This document shows, one piece after another, positions 1 through 9,243 of a stretch of DNA of 64,000 nt (its first letter is position 1; every line of letters starts with the position of its first letter). Origin of the DNA: Planctomycetota bacterium (GTDB lineage Bacteria > Planctomycetota > UBA1135 > UBA2386); NCBI GenBank assembly GCA_965228735.1, contig OZ245838.1, forward strand, positions 2,080,001 through 2,144,000. Direction: 5' to 3'. The position numbers and the translations under genes were made by a program. Under the pieces are notes generated by a model, which worked only from the letters and a program-made list of their open reading frames with translations, ran no database searches and was not told where the DNA came from.

Positions 1-617
1 ACGGCGTCGGCCTTGGCCGCCCCGAACGCGCAGAGCACGAGCCGTCTCGCCGCGAGGATCGTCCCGACGCCGGAGGTGATCGCGCGGCGCGGCGGTTCGT
101 TCGGCGCGAACCGCGCGAGCGCGTCGCGCCGGGTCGCCTCGGCCAGATCGGTCGCGTGGAAACCGCTGTCCAGCGGCGTGCCCGGCTCGTTGAACGCGAT
201 GTGGCCGTTACGCCCGATCCCGAGCAGCTGCAGCTCCACGCCGCCGTGCTGCGCGAGCGTCGCCGCGTGCGCGTCGAGCGCGGCCTGGTCCTCGACGTGC
301 GGGACGGGAACGAACGAACCCGCCGCCAGCATGTCCGCGAGCGGCGGGCAATGCGACACGAGCTCGTGCACCATGCCACCCGCGCGCTCCGGCCCGAAGC
401 CGACGTACTCGTCGAGGTGCGTCGCGACGAACTCGCCGCCGAGGCCGGCCCCGGCGAGCTCGCGCGCCAGCGCCTGCAGCATCGCGCTGAACGTGCCGCC
501 CGTCGCGAACGAGATCAACGGCCGCGGCCCGCGCGCCACTGCACGGCGCAACTCGTCGAGCAGCAGCGGCACGGCATCGCTTGCCGAAGCGAGGATCCGG
601 GTCTGGGGCTTGGTCAC
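1..617 (-). CDS. nagB: Glucosamine-6-phosphate deaminase (3' end runs off the window)
   Basis: Not in the ORF track; translated by hand from GTG at 617: MTKPQTRIL...SFATGGTF...THLDEYVG...GGVELQLLGIGRNGHIAFNEPG...AITSGVGTIL. These are NagB signature motifs, and the gene lies downstream of murQ. Confidence 0.93.
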   Translation of the reverse strand, partial: MTKPQTRILASASDAVPLLLDELRRAVARGPRPLISFATGGTFSAMLQALARELAGAGLGGEFVATHLDEYVGFGPERAGGMVHELVSHCPPLADMLAAGSFVPVPHVEDQAALDAHAATLAQHGGVELQLLGIGRNGHIAFNEPGTPLDSGFHATDLAEATRRDALARFAPNEPPRRAITSGVGTILAARRLVLCAFGAAKADA

Positions 618-788
618 GGCCGGCAGACTGTGCAACAACCGCGGTTCGGCGGCAAGCCTCGAGGGTGGCGGTACCGAACCCGCTTCGAATCCGCCACGCG
701 CCACGATCGAGCCTCCGCCCCGTGCCACGGCCGATTACGTGTCGTCTGCGATTCGCGCAACCGCGATCCGAACATCACGCAGCCGCGC

Positions 789-2018
789 TCAGACCTTCCA
801 CACGATCCGGAACCGGAAGAGCACGAGCAGGACGACGAACCAGCCGAGCACCCAGGTCAGCGCGAACGCGAGCGACGCGTCCTGCGGTTCGAACTGCGGC
901 ACGAAGACGCTCTCGTAGACCCAGTTCTTGAGCGTCATCGTCTTTGTCAGCGCCGGTGCTCCGACTTCGACCTCGACCGTGATCAGCCGCCCAACGATCT
1001 GCCCGAGCAAGCTGCTGCCGACGAACACGAGCAACGCGTTGACGCCGTAGACCTGCAGCGGCACGAGCAGCGGCCGGCCGATTCGGAACGCGGCGACGAA
1101 CTGGAACACCGCGAGCGCGACCATCGCGATCCCGGCCGTCCAGACCGCGTAGCTGCTCGTCCAGAGCGGCTTGTTGAACGGCAGCCCGAACGACCACGCG
1201 TAGCCGACGACGAGCAACACGGCACCGATGCCGAGCAGCCGCTTCGTCGCCGCCGCCGGGTCGGCCTTCAGGATGCGACCGGCCTCGAGTCCGAACAGGC
1301 AGGTGGCGAGCGCGGGGATCGTGCTCAGCAAGCCCTCGGGGTCGTAGGTCGTCTTCCAGATGTGCGTGCCGAACACCGCGCGGTCGACGTAGCCCTGCAG
1401 TGTCGACGCGGGACCGTCGATGTCGGGCGGGCCGACGCCCGGCACCGGTACGAGCGTGATGAGCGGCCAGTAGAGCAGCAGGCAACCGACGAGGACGGCG
1501 CGATGGGTCCGCACCCCGGTGTAGAGGAACAGCAGCGCCGCGATGCCGTAACACACGCCGATCCGCTGCAGCACGCCAGGGAAGCGCGTCGTGAGGAGCG
1601 GCTCGAACCATTCCGCCACGCCGGCATTCTCCGGGACGCTGAACGTCACGAACGGAAAAGCCGACAGCATCATCCCGAGCAGGACGAGCACGACGACACG
1701 ACGCACGATCTTCCACGCGAGCTGCGACCGTGGCACATCGCGCCCGAGCTGCTTGCCGAGCGCGGGCGCGATGGCGACCCCGGCGACGAACAGAAACGTC
1801 GGGAAGACGAGATCAGTGAACGTGCAGCCGTGCCAGTCCGCGTGGCGCAACGGTCCGTACTGGGTCTCAGGTCCCCACCGCCCCGGGTTGTTCACGAGGA
1901 TCATCGCGGCGATCGTCAGACCGCGCAGCGCGTCGAGTCCGAGCCAGCGCCCCGGCCGTCCAGCGGCCTGCGGGCCAGCTGCCGGCGAATCCGCGGCCGG
2001 CGATGCATCCGAACTCAC
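789..2018 (-). CDS. DUF5009 / heparan-alpha-glucosaminide N-acetyltransferase-like (NagX-type) membrane protein
   Basis: Motifs LDALRGLTIAAMILVNNPG, HADWHGCTFTDLVFPTFLF, GVLQRIG, DPEGLLSTIPA and NKPLWTSSY; multiple TM segments; GTG start overlaps the murQ stop (GTGA). Confidence 0.88.
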   Translation of the reverse strand: MSSDASPAADSPAAGPQAAGRPGRWLGLDALRGLTIAAMILVNNPGRWGPETQYGPLRHADWHGCTFTDLVFPTFLFVAGVAIAPALGKQLGRDVPRSQLAWKIVRRVVVLVLLGMMLSAFPFVTFSVPENAGVAEWFEPLLTTRFPGVLQRIGVCYGIAALLFLYTGVRTHRAVLVGCLLLYWPLITLVPVPGVGPPDIDGPASTLQGYVDRAVFGTHIWKTTYDPEGLLSTIPALATCLFGLEAGRILKADPAAATKRLLGIGAVLLVVGYAWSFGLPFNKPLWTSSYAVWTAGIAMVALAVFQFVAAFRIGRPLLVPLQVYGVNALLVFVGSSLLGQIVGRLITVEVEVGAPALTKTMTLKNWVYESVFVPQFEPQDASLAFALTWVLGWFVVLLVLFRFRIVWKV

Positions 2019-2917
2019 GATTCGAGCGCTTCCCGAACGCTGCCGGTGCAGTGGAACAGCCGCGTGCGAGCCTCGGCCGGCGCGACGCCGCGCACGAGCG
2101 CGACGATCGCCGTCTTGACCTCGCCATCGCAGTCCGCGAGGGCGCTCTCGGCCTCGGCGCGCTCGCGCCCCGTCGCGGTCATCACGATGCGGATGCTGCG
2201 TTCGACGAGCTTCTCGTTGCTCGCCTGCAGATCGACCATGAGGTTGCCATACGTCTTGTTGAGCCGGACGAACGCGCCCGTGCTCAGCATGTTCAGCACC
2301 ATCTTCGTCGCCGTGCCCGCCTTCAGGCGCGTGCTGCCGGTGATGACCTCCGGACCCGTCACCACCTCGATCGGGATCCGGGCCGCCGCGCTCGCCGGAC
2401 TGCCGGCGTTGCACGTGAGTGAGATCGTCGGCGTGCCCTGCTTCTCGGCGTAACGCAGCGCTCCGAGCACGTACGGCGTGCGGCCGCTCGCGGCGATCCC
2501 GACGACGACGTCCTTCTCGCGCAGATCGAGTTTCTCGAGGTCCGCCGCCGCGAGCGCCGGATCGTCCTCCGCGCCTTCGACGGCCGCGAGGAACGCGCTC
2601 GGCCCGCCCGCGATGAGCCCGAGGACGTCGCGTGGCGAGGCCGAGAACGTCGGCGGGCACTCGGCCGCGTCGAGCACTCCGAGGCGCCCGGACGTGCCGG
2701 CCCCGACGTAGATCAGCCGCCCACCCTTCCGCATCTGGGTCGCGATCAGGTCGACGGCCTCGGCGATCCGCGGGACGGCCGCGGCGACCGCATCAGTGAC
2801 GCCGCGGTCCTCGTCGTTCATCGCGCGCACCAGATCAACGGTCGTCATCGCGTCGAGCTCGGCCGTCCGCGGATTGCGGGTCTCGGTGGTCAGCGAACTC
2901 AGATCCGGTCGATCCAT
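2015..2917 (-). CDS. murQ: N-acetylmuramic acid 6-phosphate etherase
   Basis: Motifs TTETRNPRT, GAGTSGRLGVLDAAECPPTF, GPEVITGSTRLKAGTATKMVLNMLST and GNLMVDLQASNEKL; start placed at ATG 2917. Confidence 0.96.
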   Translation of the reverse strand: MDRPDLSSLTTETRNPRTAELDAMTTVDLVRAMNDEDRGVTDAVAAAVPRIAEAVDLIATQMRKGGRLIYVGAGTSGRLGVLDAAECPPTFSASPRDVLGLIAGGPSAFLAAVEGAEDDPALAAADLEKLDLREKDVVVGIAASGRTPYVLGALRYAEKQGTPTISLTCNAGSPASAAARIPIEVVTGPEVITGSTRLKAGTATKMVLNMLSTGAFVRLNKTYGNLMVDLQASNEKLVERSIRIVMTATGRERAEAESALADCDGEVKTAIVALVRGVAPAEARTRLFHCTGSVREALES

Positions 2918-3082
2918 GACGTTGCGACGATGCAGTATAGCGCCGCGGCCCGCCGCATCACGGCTGCGGATTCGGGCTTCGGACAAGTTCACGGTAACGG
3001 GCGGATCACCCGGGGATAGTCCCTTGTACGCCCGGACGCGCACATCGCCGCCGGACATCGACGTTCATTCGAGGACCCCCGA

Positions 3083-4063
3083 ATGCTGCCCAGACACCCG
3101 CTCGCTCCCGTTCTTCTCGGTCTCGCCACCGTTCTCCTCGGCAATGACTGCGCCGCGCAGACCGCGCCGTGTCTCGCGGCGAACGCGGCGACGACCAGCG
3201 TCGGCACCGCGACCTCGGCGTTCAGCTTCAGCGGCCAGAACTACTTCGCCTGGCGCTTCACGCCGCCGAGCGCGACCACGATCCACGCCGCGCGGGTCTA
3301 CACGGAGAACGTCGGCTACCCGGGTGACGTCTTCTGTGCCGTCGAGATCTGGGACGAGCAGAACGGCGGCCCCGGCGCGCGCCTCGGCGGCGGCGCGTGG
3401 AAGATCGACAACAACCGCCCGCTCGGCTGGCACGGCGCCAACTTCGACACCCCGGTCGCGCTGCAGCCGGCGACACCGACGTGGTTCGTCTTCGTCGACC
3501 CGGCCTACAGCGTGGTGCCGATCGATCCGAACGGGTCGCTCGTGCTGCAGCACGTGAGTCGCAGCGGCCCCGGCGCCTGGCTCTCCCAGGGCACGAACGC
3601 GCCGAAGTTCCAGCTCTTCTGCAGCCTGCTCGACGACGTCAACGTCGCTCCCAACGGCCAGGGCTGTCCGCTGTCGACGGGCGAGACGCCGACGCTCTAC
3701 TGCAACGAGGCCCCGACGCTCGGCAACTCGGCGTTCCGCTGGGAGAGCTGCGGCCTGCCGTCCGGCGGCGCGGTGTTCGCCGTGATCGGCAACGACCCGT
3801 CGTTCGCGCCGATCCCCGTGCCGGGCCTGCCGGCCGGTTGCCTGCAGAACACCAACGCGCTCGCGTCGGTGCTGCTGTTCGCCGGCACGGGCGACACGCG
3901 CGGCCCGAGCTTCGACGGCTACACGAGCATCGGTTTCGCGATCCCGAATAACCCGAGCCTCGGCGGTGCCCGCCTGTCGATGCAGATGGTGCCGATCGAC
4001 ACCGGCGCGACGTCGCAACTGCCGTTCTCGACGAGCAACGCGCTCGGGATCACGCTCTACTGA
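3083..4063 (+). CDS. Secreted hypothetical protein with a lineage-specific C-terminal domain
   Basis: Signal peptide ending CAA-Q; C-terminal GxGC...IPNNPSLGGARLSMQ...TSNALGITLY domain shared with 46387-48882 and 61695-62858. Confidence 0.8.
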   Translation: MLPRHPLAPVLLGLATVLLGNDCAAQTAPCLAANAATTSVGTATSAFSFSGQNYFAWRFTPPSATTIHAARVYTENVGYPGDVFCAVEIWDEQNGGPGARLGGGAWKIDNNRPLGWHGANFDTPVALQPATPTWFVFVDPAYSVVPIDPNGSLVLQHVSRSGPGAWLSQGTNAPKFQLFCSLLDDVNVAPNGQGCPLSTGETPTLYCNEAPTLGNSAFRWESCGLPSGGAVFAVIGNDPSFAPIPVPGLPAGCLQNTNALASVLLFAGTGDTRGPSFDGYTSIGFAIPNNPSLGGARLSMQMVPIDTGATSQLPFSTSNALGITLY

Positions 4064-4095
4064 ATCGCGGGATCGCGCTCCAGGGGGCCGCGGAC

Positions 4096-5274
4096 TCAGC
4101 GCTGCCGCAGTTGGGCGATGAGTCGCTGCAGCTCGAAGCGCGCGTTCTCGTCGAGCCCGGGCCGGGCCGCGTAACCCTCGAGTCCGGGCACGTGCGCGGC
4201 GGTGCCGTACTGGCCGAGTCGGCGCAGGCAGCGCTCCCGCCACTGCGCGCCGCTGCGGGTCTCGAGCAACCGCAGGTAGGCGTCGGCGACGACCGCACGA
4301 TCCGCGGCGTCGACGCCGTAGCCGAGTCCCCAGTCCGCCCGACCGGCGACCTCGAAGTTCGGGTCCGTGAGTGCTGAGACGAGCGCGGCGACGACCGCGC
4401 TCGACTTCTGTTGAAACGTGCTGAGGCCGAAGTAGATCGCGTCGTGGCGCCGCTCCCGGTCGGCCGTCATCGCGATCAGGCGCTCGACGATGCGTTCGTC
4501 GGGCCTGGCGCCCCACAGCCCGTTCAGCGTCATGCGTCGAACGTCCTCGTCCGCATCGCCGAGCAGACGCAGGACGGCGTCGGCCGCCGCGCCCTCGAGC
4601 CGGTTGTCGCTGAGTCGCATCAGCTGATGCGTTAGCCCGGAGCGCACCTCGGGACTGTCGTCCGCTACGAACCCCAACACGAGTTCGAGGTCCCCCGGCA
4701 GGGTCCCGGTCACACCGAGCGCCGTGAGCGCCCGCGCCCGCACGGCCGCGTCCTCCGAGCGCAGCGCGTCGAGCACGTAGCCGCGGAAGCGGGCCTTGTC
4801 GAAGTCGAGCTCGCGCAGCCGGGCGAACGCCGCAAGCGCTGCGGCGACCATCGTCGGATCGCCGGAACGGAGCGCGGCCTCGAGGCTGTTGAGCGCGGCG
4901 GCTCGCAGCCCCGGGTCCGCCGTCTGCAGCGCGTCCTGCACCCAACCGTCGTAGAGCTTTCTCATCCGCTGCATCCGAGCCCGTTGCTCGGCCGCGGCCG
5001 CGCGTTGCGCCGCCTCGACAGCAGCAGCATCATCGCCGCCGGCAAGTGTGGCAGTGTCGGCCGACCGACGCTGCCGCGCCGCCGCGACCGCGCTCTCGTG
5101 CTCGGCGATCGCGGCCCGCGCCACGCACAGTTCGTCTTCGAGCTCGGCGATGCGCATCGCCAGGGCGTCATCGATGTCCGGCGCGGGAACCGCCGTCGTC
5201 CCGCTGCCGAGCAGCCAGGCGAGGTTGCTGCCGACGAGCGCGACGATCAGCACGAGTACCCATACGCTCCGCAT
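4096..5274 (-). CDS. Membrane-anchored coiled-coil plus HEAT-repeat protein
   Basis: N-terminal hydrophobic segment, Ala/Glu/Arg-rich coiled coil, and HEAT-like units (DAAVRARALTALG, DSPEVRSGL, DADEDVRRMTLNGL); TACGAT lies 7 nt upstream of ATG 5274. Confidence 0.75.
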   Translation of the reverse strand: MRSVWVLVLIVALVGSNLAWLLGSGTTAVPAPDIDDALAMRIAELEDELCVARAAIAEHESAVAAARQRRSADTATLAGGDDAAAVEAAQRAAAAEQRARMQRMRKLYDGWVQDALQTADPGLRAAALNSLEAALRSGDPTMVAAALAAFARLRELDFDKARFRGYVLDALRSEDAAVRARALTALGVTGTLPGDLELVLGFVADDSPEVRSGLTHQLMRLSDNRLEGAAADAVLRLLGDADEDVRRMTLNGLWGARPDERIVERLIAMTADRERRHDAIYFGLSTFQQKSSAVVAALVSALTDPNFEVAGRADWGLGYGVDAADRAVVADAYLRLLETRSGAQWRERCLRRLGQYGTAAHVPGLEGYAARPGLDENARFELQRLIAQLRQR

Positions 5275-5347
5275 GGCCGGCATCGTAGCGGATCCCGCTT
5301 CCCGCTGTTCCACGCGCCGCGCCGACCTTACCGTCCCGGGCCGCGCC

Positions 5348-6823
5348 ATGACCATCGGCCCCATCGACCTCGCGATCCTCGTCGTCTACGTCCTGCTGAC
5401 GATCGCGTTCGGGATCTGGATCAGCCGGGGCCAGAAGAACGCGGCCGATTACCTGCTCGGCGGCCGGTCGTTGCCGTGGTGGGCGCTGCTGATCTCGATC
5501 GTCGCGACGGAGACGAGCACGGCGACGTTCCTCAGCGTGCCGGGCGTCGCCTTCAACAGCGGCAACATGCTCTTCCTGCAGCTGCCGCTCGGCTACATCA
5601 TCGGCCGGGCGATCGCGACGAGCCTGCTGCTGCCGCTCTACTTCAAGGGCGAGCTGTTCACGGCATACGAGGTGCTGCGGGTGCGCAGCGGTCCGGCCGT
5701 GCGGACGATCGCGAGCGCGCTGTTCCTGGTCACCCGCACGCTCGCCGACGGTCTGCGCCTGTTCCTCGCGGCGCTCGTGCTCGAGATCATGCTCGGCTGC
5801 GAGACCTGGGTCGCGGTCACCGCGGTCGGCACCGCGACCGTCGTCTACACGGTGCTCGGCGGCATCAAGGCGGTCGTGTGGACGGACGTGATCCAGTTCA
5901 TCGTCTACATGCTCGGCGCGGTTGCGGCGCTGGTCGTGCTCGCGGGCCGGATCGAGGGTGGCCTCGGCGCGCCGCTCGCCGAACTCGAGATCGCTGACTT
6001 CGTCGATCTCGGGTTCGACCTGAGCTCGACCTACACGCTGTGGGCCGGCCTCATCGGCGGCGCGGTGCTGTCGATCGGCAGCCACGGCGTCGACCAGCTC
6101 ATCGTGCAGCGCTACCTGTCGGCCAAGAGCCTCGGTGACGCGCAGAAGGCGCTGTTCTGGAGCGGCCCCGTCGTGCTGCTCCAGTTCCTCGTCTTCCTCG
6201 TCCTCGGTCTCGGCTTCGCGAGGTTCTACGCCGCCAACCCGCCCGCCGAGGCGTTCGGCTCGAACGACGCGGTGTTCGCGCACTTCATCATCAACCACCT
6301 GCCGATCGGCCTCGTCGGCATCGTGCTCGGCGCCGTGTTCTCGGCGGCGATGTCGACCCTGTCGAGTTCGCTCGCCGCGTCGGCCTCCGCGCTGGTGAAC
6401 GACTTCGTCCTGCCGATCACCAAGCACAAGCCCGACGCGCCGTTCGCGCTGCGGGCCTCGCGCATCGCCACCGTGCTCTTCGCGATCCTGCAGATGGCGG
6501 TCGGCATGAGCGACATCGACCCGAAGGCGCCGATCGTCGGCCAGGTTCTCGGCATCGCGACGATCACCACCGGCATCATCCTGGGCCTCTTCGTCCTCGC
6601 GCTGCTGCCGCGGCGATCCCCCGGCGGTTCGCTCGTCGGCCTCGTCGCCGGCATCGGCTCGATCGTCTTCGTGCTGTTCGTCGTCCCCGGGCTAGAACTG
6701 CTCGGCAGCAACGACGCCGGCGCGCCGCGCGGTCTCGCGTGGCCGTGGTTCGGCGTCGTCAGCTGCGGCAGTACCTGTCTCGCCGGCATGCTCGGCAACC
6801 TCGTCTTCCGCCCCCGCTCATGA
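5348..6823 (+). CDS. Sodium:solute symporter (SSS) family transporter
   Basis: Motifs DYLLGGRSLPWW, SIVATETSTATFLSVPG, GGIKAVVWTDVIQ, DQLIVQRYL and AAMSTLSS; many TM helices. Confidence 0.93.
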   Translation: MTIGPIDLAILVVYVLLTIAFGIWISRGQKNAADYLLGGRSLPWWALLISIVATETSTATFLSVPGVAFNSGNMLFLQLPLGYIIGRAIATSLLLPLYFKGELFTAYEVLRVRSGPAVRTIASALFLVTRTLADGLRLFLAALVLEIMLGCETWVAVTAVGTATVVYTVLGGIKAVVWTDVIQFIVYMLGAVAALVVLAGRIEGGLGAPLAELEIADFVDLGFDLSSTYTLWAGLIGGAVLSIGSHGVDQLIVQRYLSAKSLGDAQKALFWSGPVVLLQFLVFLVLGLGFARFYAANPPAEAFGSNDAVFAHFIINHLPIGLVGIVLGAVFSAAMSTLSSSLAASASALVNDFVLPITKHKPDAPFALRASRIATVLFAILQMAVGMSDIDPKAPIVGQVLGIATITTGIILGLFVLALLPRRSPGGSLVGLVAGIGSIVFVLFVVPGLELLGSNDAGAPRGLAWPWFGVVSCGSTCLAGMLGNLVFRPRS

Positions 6824-8001
6824 GACCCGCGCTCGCCATCCTCTTCGCCATCCTCTCCGGCACCGCGACCGCCCAGGTCCGAACGGGCGTCGACGTGCTC
6901 GCCGAAAGCGGCTGCAAAGCCCTGGCCGGCCGCAAGGTCGGACTGATCACCAACCACACGGGCCGCACCGCGGACGGCCGCCGCACGGTCGACGTCCTCG
7001 CCGCCGCGAAGAACGTCGAGCTCGTCGCGCTGTTCTCGCCCGAGCACGGCTGGGACGGCGTCCTCGACGAGAAGGTCGACGACACCCGCGACAGCAAGAC
7101 CGGGCTGCGCGTGTTCTCGCTCTACGGCAAGACCCGGCGCCCGACGGCGGCGATGCTCGCGGGCGTCGACACGATCGTGTTCGACATCCAGGACATCGGC
7201 TGCCGCTTCTACACCTACGTGTCGACGATGCGGAACGCGATGACGGCCGCGGCCGAGCACGGCCTGCGCTTCGTCGTCCTCGATCGCCCCAACCCGATCG
7301 GCGGCCGCGCCACCGCTGGCCCGATCGTCAGCGGCGACCGCCTCGACTTCGTCGCGGCCCACCGCGTGCCGTTGCGCCACGGCATGACCGCGGGGGAACT
7401 CGCGCGCATGATGGCCGGCGAGGACGGCATCGATGTCGATCTGCACGTCGTGAAGTGCGAGGGCTGGCAGCGCGCGGATCTCTACGACCGCACGGGGCTG
7501 CTGTGGATCAACCCGTCGCCCAACATGCGCTGCCTCGCGCAGGCGCTGCTCTATCCCGGCATCGGGCTCATCGAGTTCACCAACGTCTCCGTCGGCCGCG
7601 GCACCGACACGCCGTTCGAGGTCGTCGGCGCGCCGTGGCTCGACGGCAAGAAGCTCGCCGCGACGTTGCGGGACCAGAAGCTGCCGGGCGTGACCTTCGT
7701 CCCCGTGCAGTTCACGCCGACGAGCAGCAAGCACAAGGGTGAGACGTGCTCCGGCATCAACATCGCGATCACCGACTGGCGCACGTTCGAACCCGTGCGC
7801 ACCGGCATCCACCTCGCGTGCGCGCTGCGGCGGGTCAGCCCCGACGACTGGGACACCAAGCGCCTCGATCGCCTGCTGCTGCACGCGGCGAGCACGGCCG
7901 CGATCCGCGCCGGCACGCCCGCCGACGAGATCATCGCCGCGTGGCAGAAGGACCTGAAGCTGTTCAACATCCGCCGCCAGGCGTTCCTGCTCTATGAGTG
8001 A
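6820..8001 (+). CDS. namZ: Exo-beta-N-acetylmuramidase NamZ family (DUF1343), with signal peptide
   Basis: Motifs VGLITNHTG, LFSPEHG, FDIQDIGCRFYTY, VLDRPNPIGG, RHGMTAGELA, PSPNM and SVGRGTDTPFE; ATGA overlap with the SSS gene; signal peptide ending ATA-Q. Confidence 0.9.
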   Translation: MRPALAILFAILSGTATAQVRTGVDVLAESGCKALAGRKVGLITNHTGRTADGRRTVDVLAAAKNVELVALFSPEHGWDGVLDEKVDDTRDSKTGLRVFSLYGKTRRPTAAMLAGVDTIVFDIQDIGCRFYTYVSTMRNAMTAAAEHGLRFVVLDRPNPIGGRATAGPIVSGDRLDFVAAHRVPLRHGMTAGELARMMAGEDGIDVDLHVVKCEGWQRADLYDRTGLLWINPSPNMRCLAQALLYPGIGLIEFTNVSVGRGTDTPFEVVGAPWLDGKKLAATLRDQKLPGVTFVPVQFTPTSSKHKGETCSGINIAITDWRTFEPVRTGIHLACALRRVSPDDWDTKRLDRLLLHAASTAAIRAGTPADEIIAAWQKDLKLFNIRRQAFLLYE

Positions 8002-9163
8002 CGCATCCATCGGGCTCGAGGTCGCGTGTGACTCGCCGCCCGCGATCCTCGCCGGCTGCCGCGCGGCCGGGCTCGTCTGCAACCAGGCCTCCGTCGACCG
8101 CGACTTCCGCCACGCGGCCGATCGCCTCGCGGAACTGCTCGGCGACCGGCTCGCGGCGCTGTTCGGCCCGCAGCACGGGTTGTGGTCGACCGAGCAGGAC
8201 AACATGGTCGAGACGCCGCACGCCCGGCACCCGCGGCTCGGCATCCCCGTGCACAGCCTGTACTCGGAGACCCGGCGGCCGACCGCCGCGATGCTCGACG
8301 GCCTCGATCTGCTCATCGTCGATCTGCAGGACGTCGGCACGCGGGTCTACACCTACGCGTGGACGCTGACGAACTGCATGGCCGCGGCCGCCGAACGTGG
8401 CTTGCCCGTGCTCGTCCTCGATCGCCCCAACCCGCTCGGCTGCGCGATCACCGAGGGCCGCGAGCTCGACATGGCGTTCCGGAGCTTCGTCGGCGGCGCG
8501 CCGATCCCGCTGCGCCACGGCCTGACGCTCGGCGAGCTCGGGCTGCTCGCCAACGACCGGCTCGGCATCGGCGCCGACCTCCACGTCGTCCGGATGGCGG
8601 GCGTGCCGCGCACCGCGTTGTGGCCTGCCACGGGCCGCGCCTGGGTGCCGCCATCGCCCAACCTGCCGCGCTTCGAGGGCGCGCTCGTCTACCCGGGCCA
8701 GGTGCTGCTCGAAGGCACCCGCCTCAGCGAGGGCCGCGGCACGACGACGCCGTTCGAACAGTTCGGAGCGCCGTTCATCGACCCGTTCCGCCTCGTCGAC
8801 GCGCTGCGCGAGCACGACCTGCCGGGCGTCGCGCTGCGCCCGCTGCACTTCGAACCGACGTTCCAGAAGCACAGCGGCCAGCCGTGCGGCGGCCTGTTCC
8901 TGCACGTCACCGATCGCGCGACGTTCCGCTCGGTCCGCACGACCGCGATCGTTCTGCGCTGCATCCGCGAGCTGTGGCCGAACGAGTTCGAGTGGCTGCC
9001 GCCGCCGTACGAGTACGAGACCGAGAAGATGCCGATCGACATCCTCAGCGGCGATTCGGCGCTGCGCGAGTTCGTCGACGGTGCCGGTGGCATGAGTGAT
9101 GTCGACGCCGTGATCGCCGCCCCGGCCGAGGGGCGGACGAGCCCGTCACCGCTCTACGACTGA
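7994..9163 (+). CDS. namZ: Second NamZ family (DUF1343) protein, no obvious signal peptide
   Basis: Motifs LFGPQHG, DLQDVGTRVYTY, VLDRPNPLG, RHGLTLGEL, PSPNLP, SEGRGTTTPFE and PPPYEYE. Confidence 0.88.
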   Translation: MSDASIGLEVACDSPPAILAGCRAAGLVCNQASVDRDFRHAADRLAELLGDRLAALFGPQHGLWSTEQDNMVETPHARHPRLGIPVHSLYSETRRPTAAMLDGLDLLIVDLQDVGTRVYTYAWTLTNCMAAAAERGLPVLVLDRPNPLGCAITEGRELDMAFRSFVGGAPIPLRHGLTLGELGLLANDRLGIGADLHVVRMAGVPRTALWPATGRAWVPPSPNLPRFEGALVYPGQVLLEGTRLSEGRGTTTPFEQFGAPFIDPFRLVDALREHDLPGVALRPLHFEPTFQKHSGQPCGGLFLHVTDRATFRSVRTTAIVLRCIRELWPNEFEWLPPPYEYETEKMPIDILSGDSALREFVDGAGGMSDVDAVIAAPAEGRTSPSPLYD

Positions 9164-9188
9164 GCCGCGCCGGTCGACCTGCGGCCGA

Positions 9189-9243
9189 TTCAGCGGCCGC
9201 TCCGTTCAGCGGCCGGCCCGTTCCGCGGCCGACCGGTTCAGCG
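9189..9243. repeat. 16-nt-period minisatellite (TTCAGCGGCCG core, about 3.5 copies) between convergent genes
   Basis: Units start at 9189, 9205, 9221 and 9237. Confidence 0.7.
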
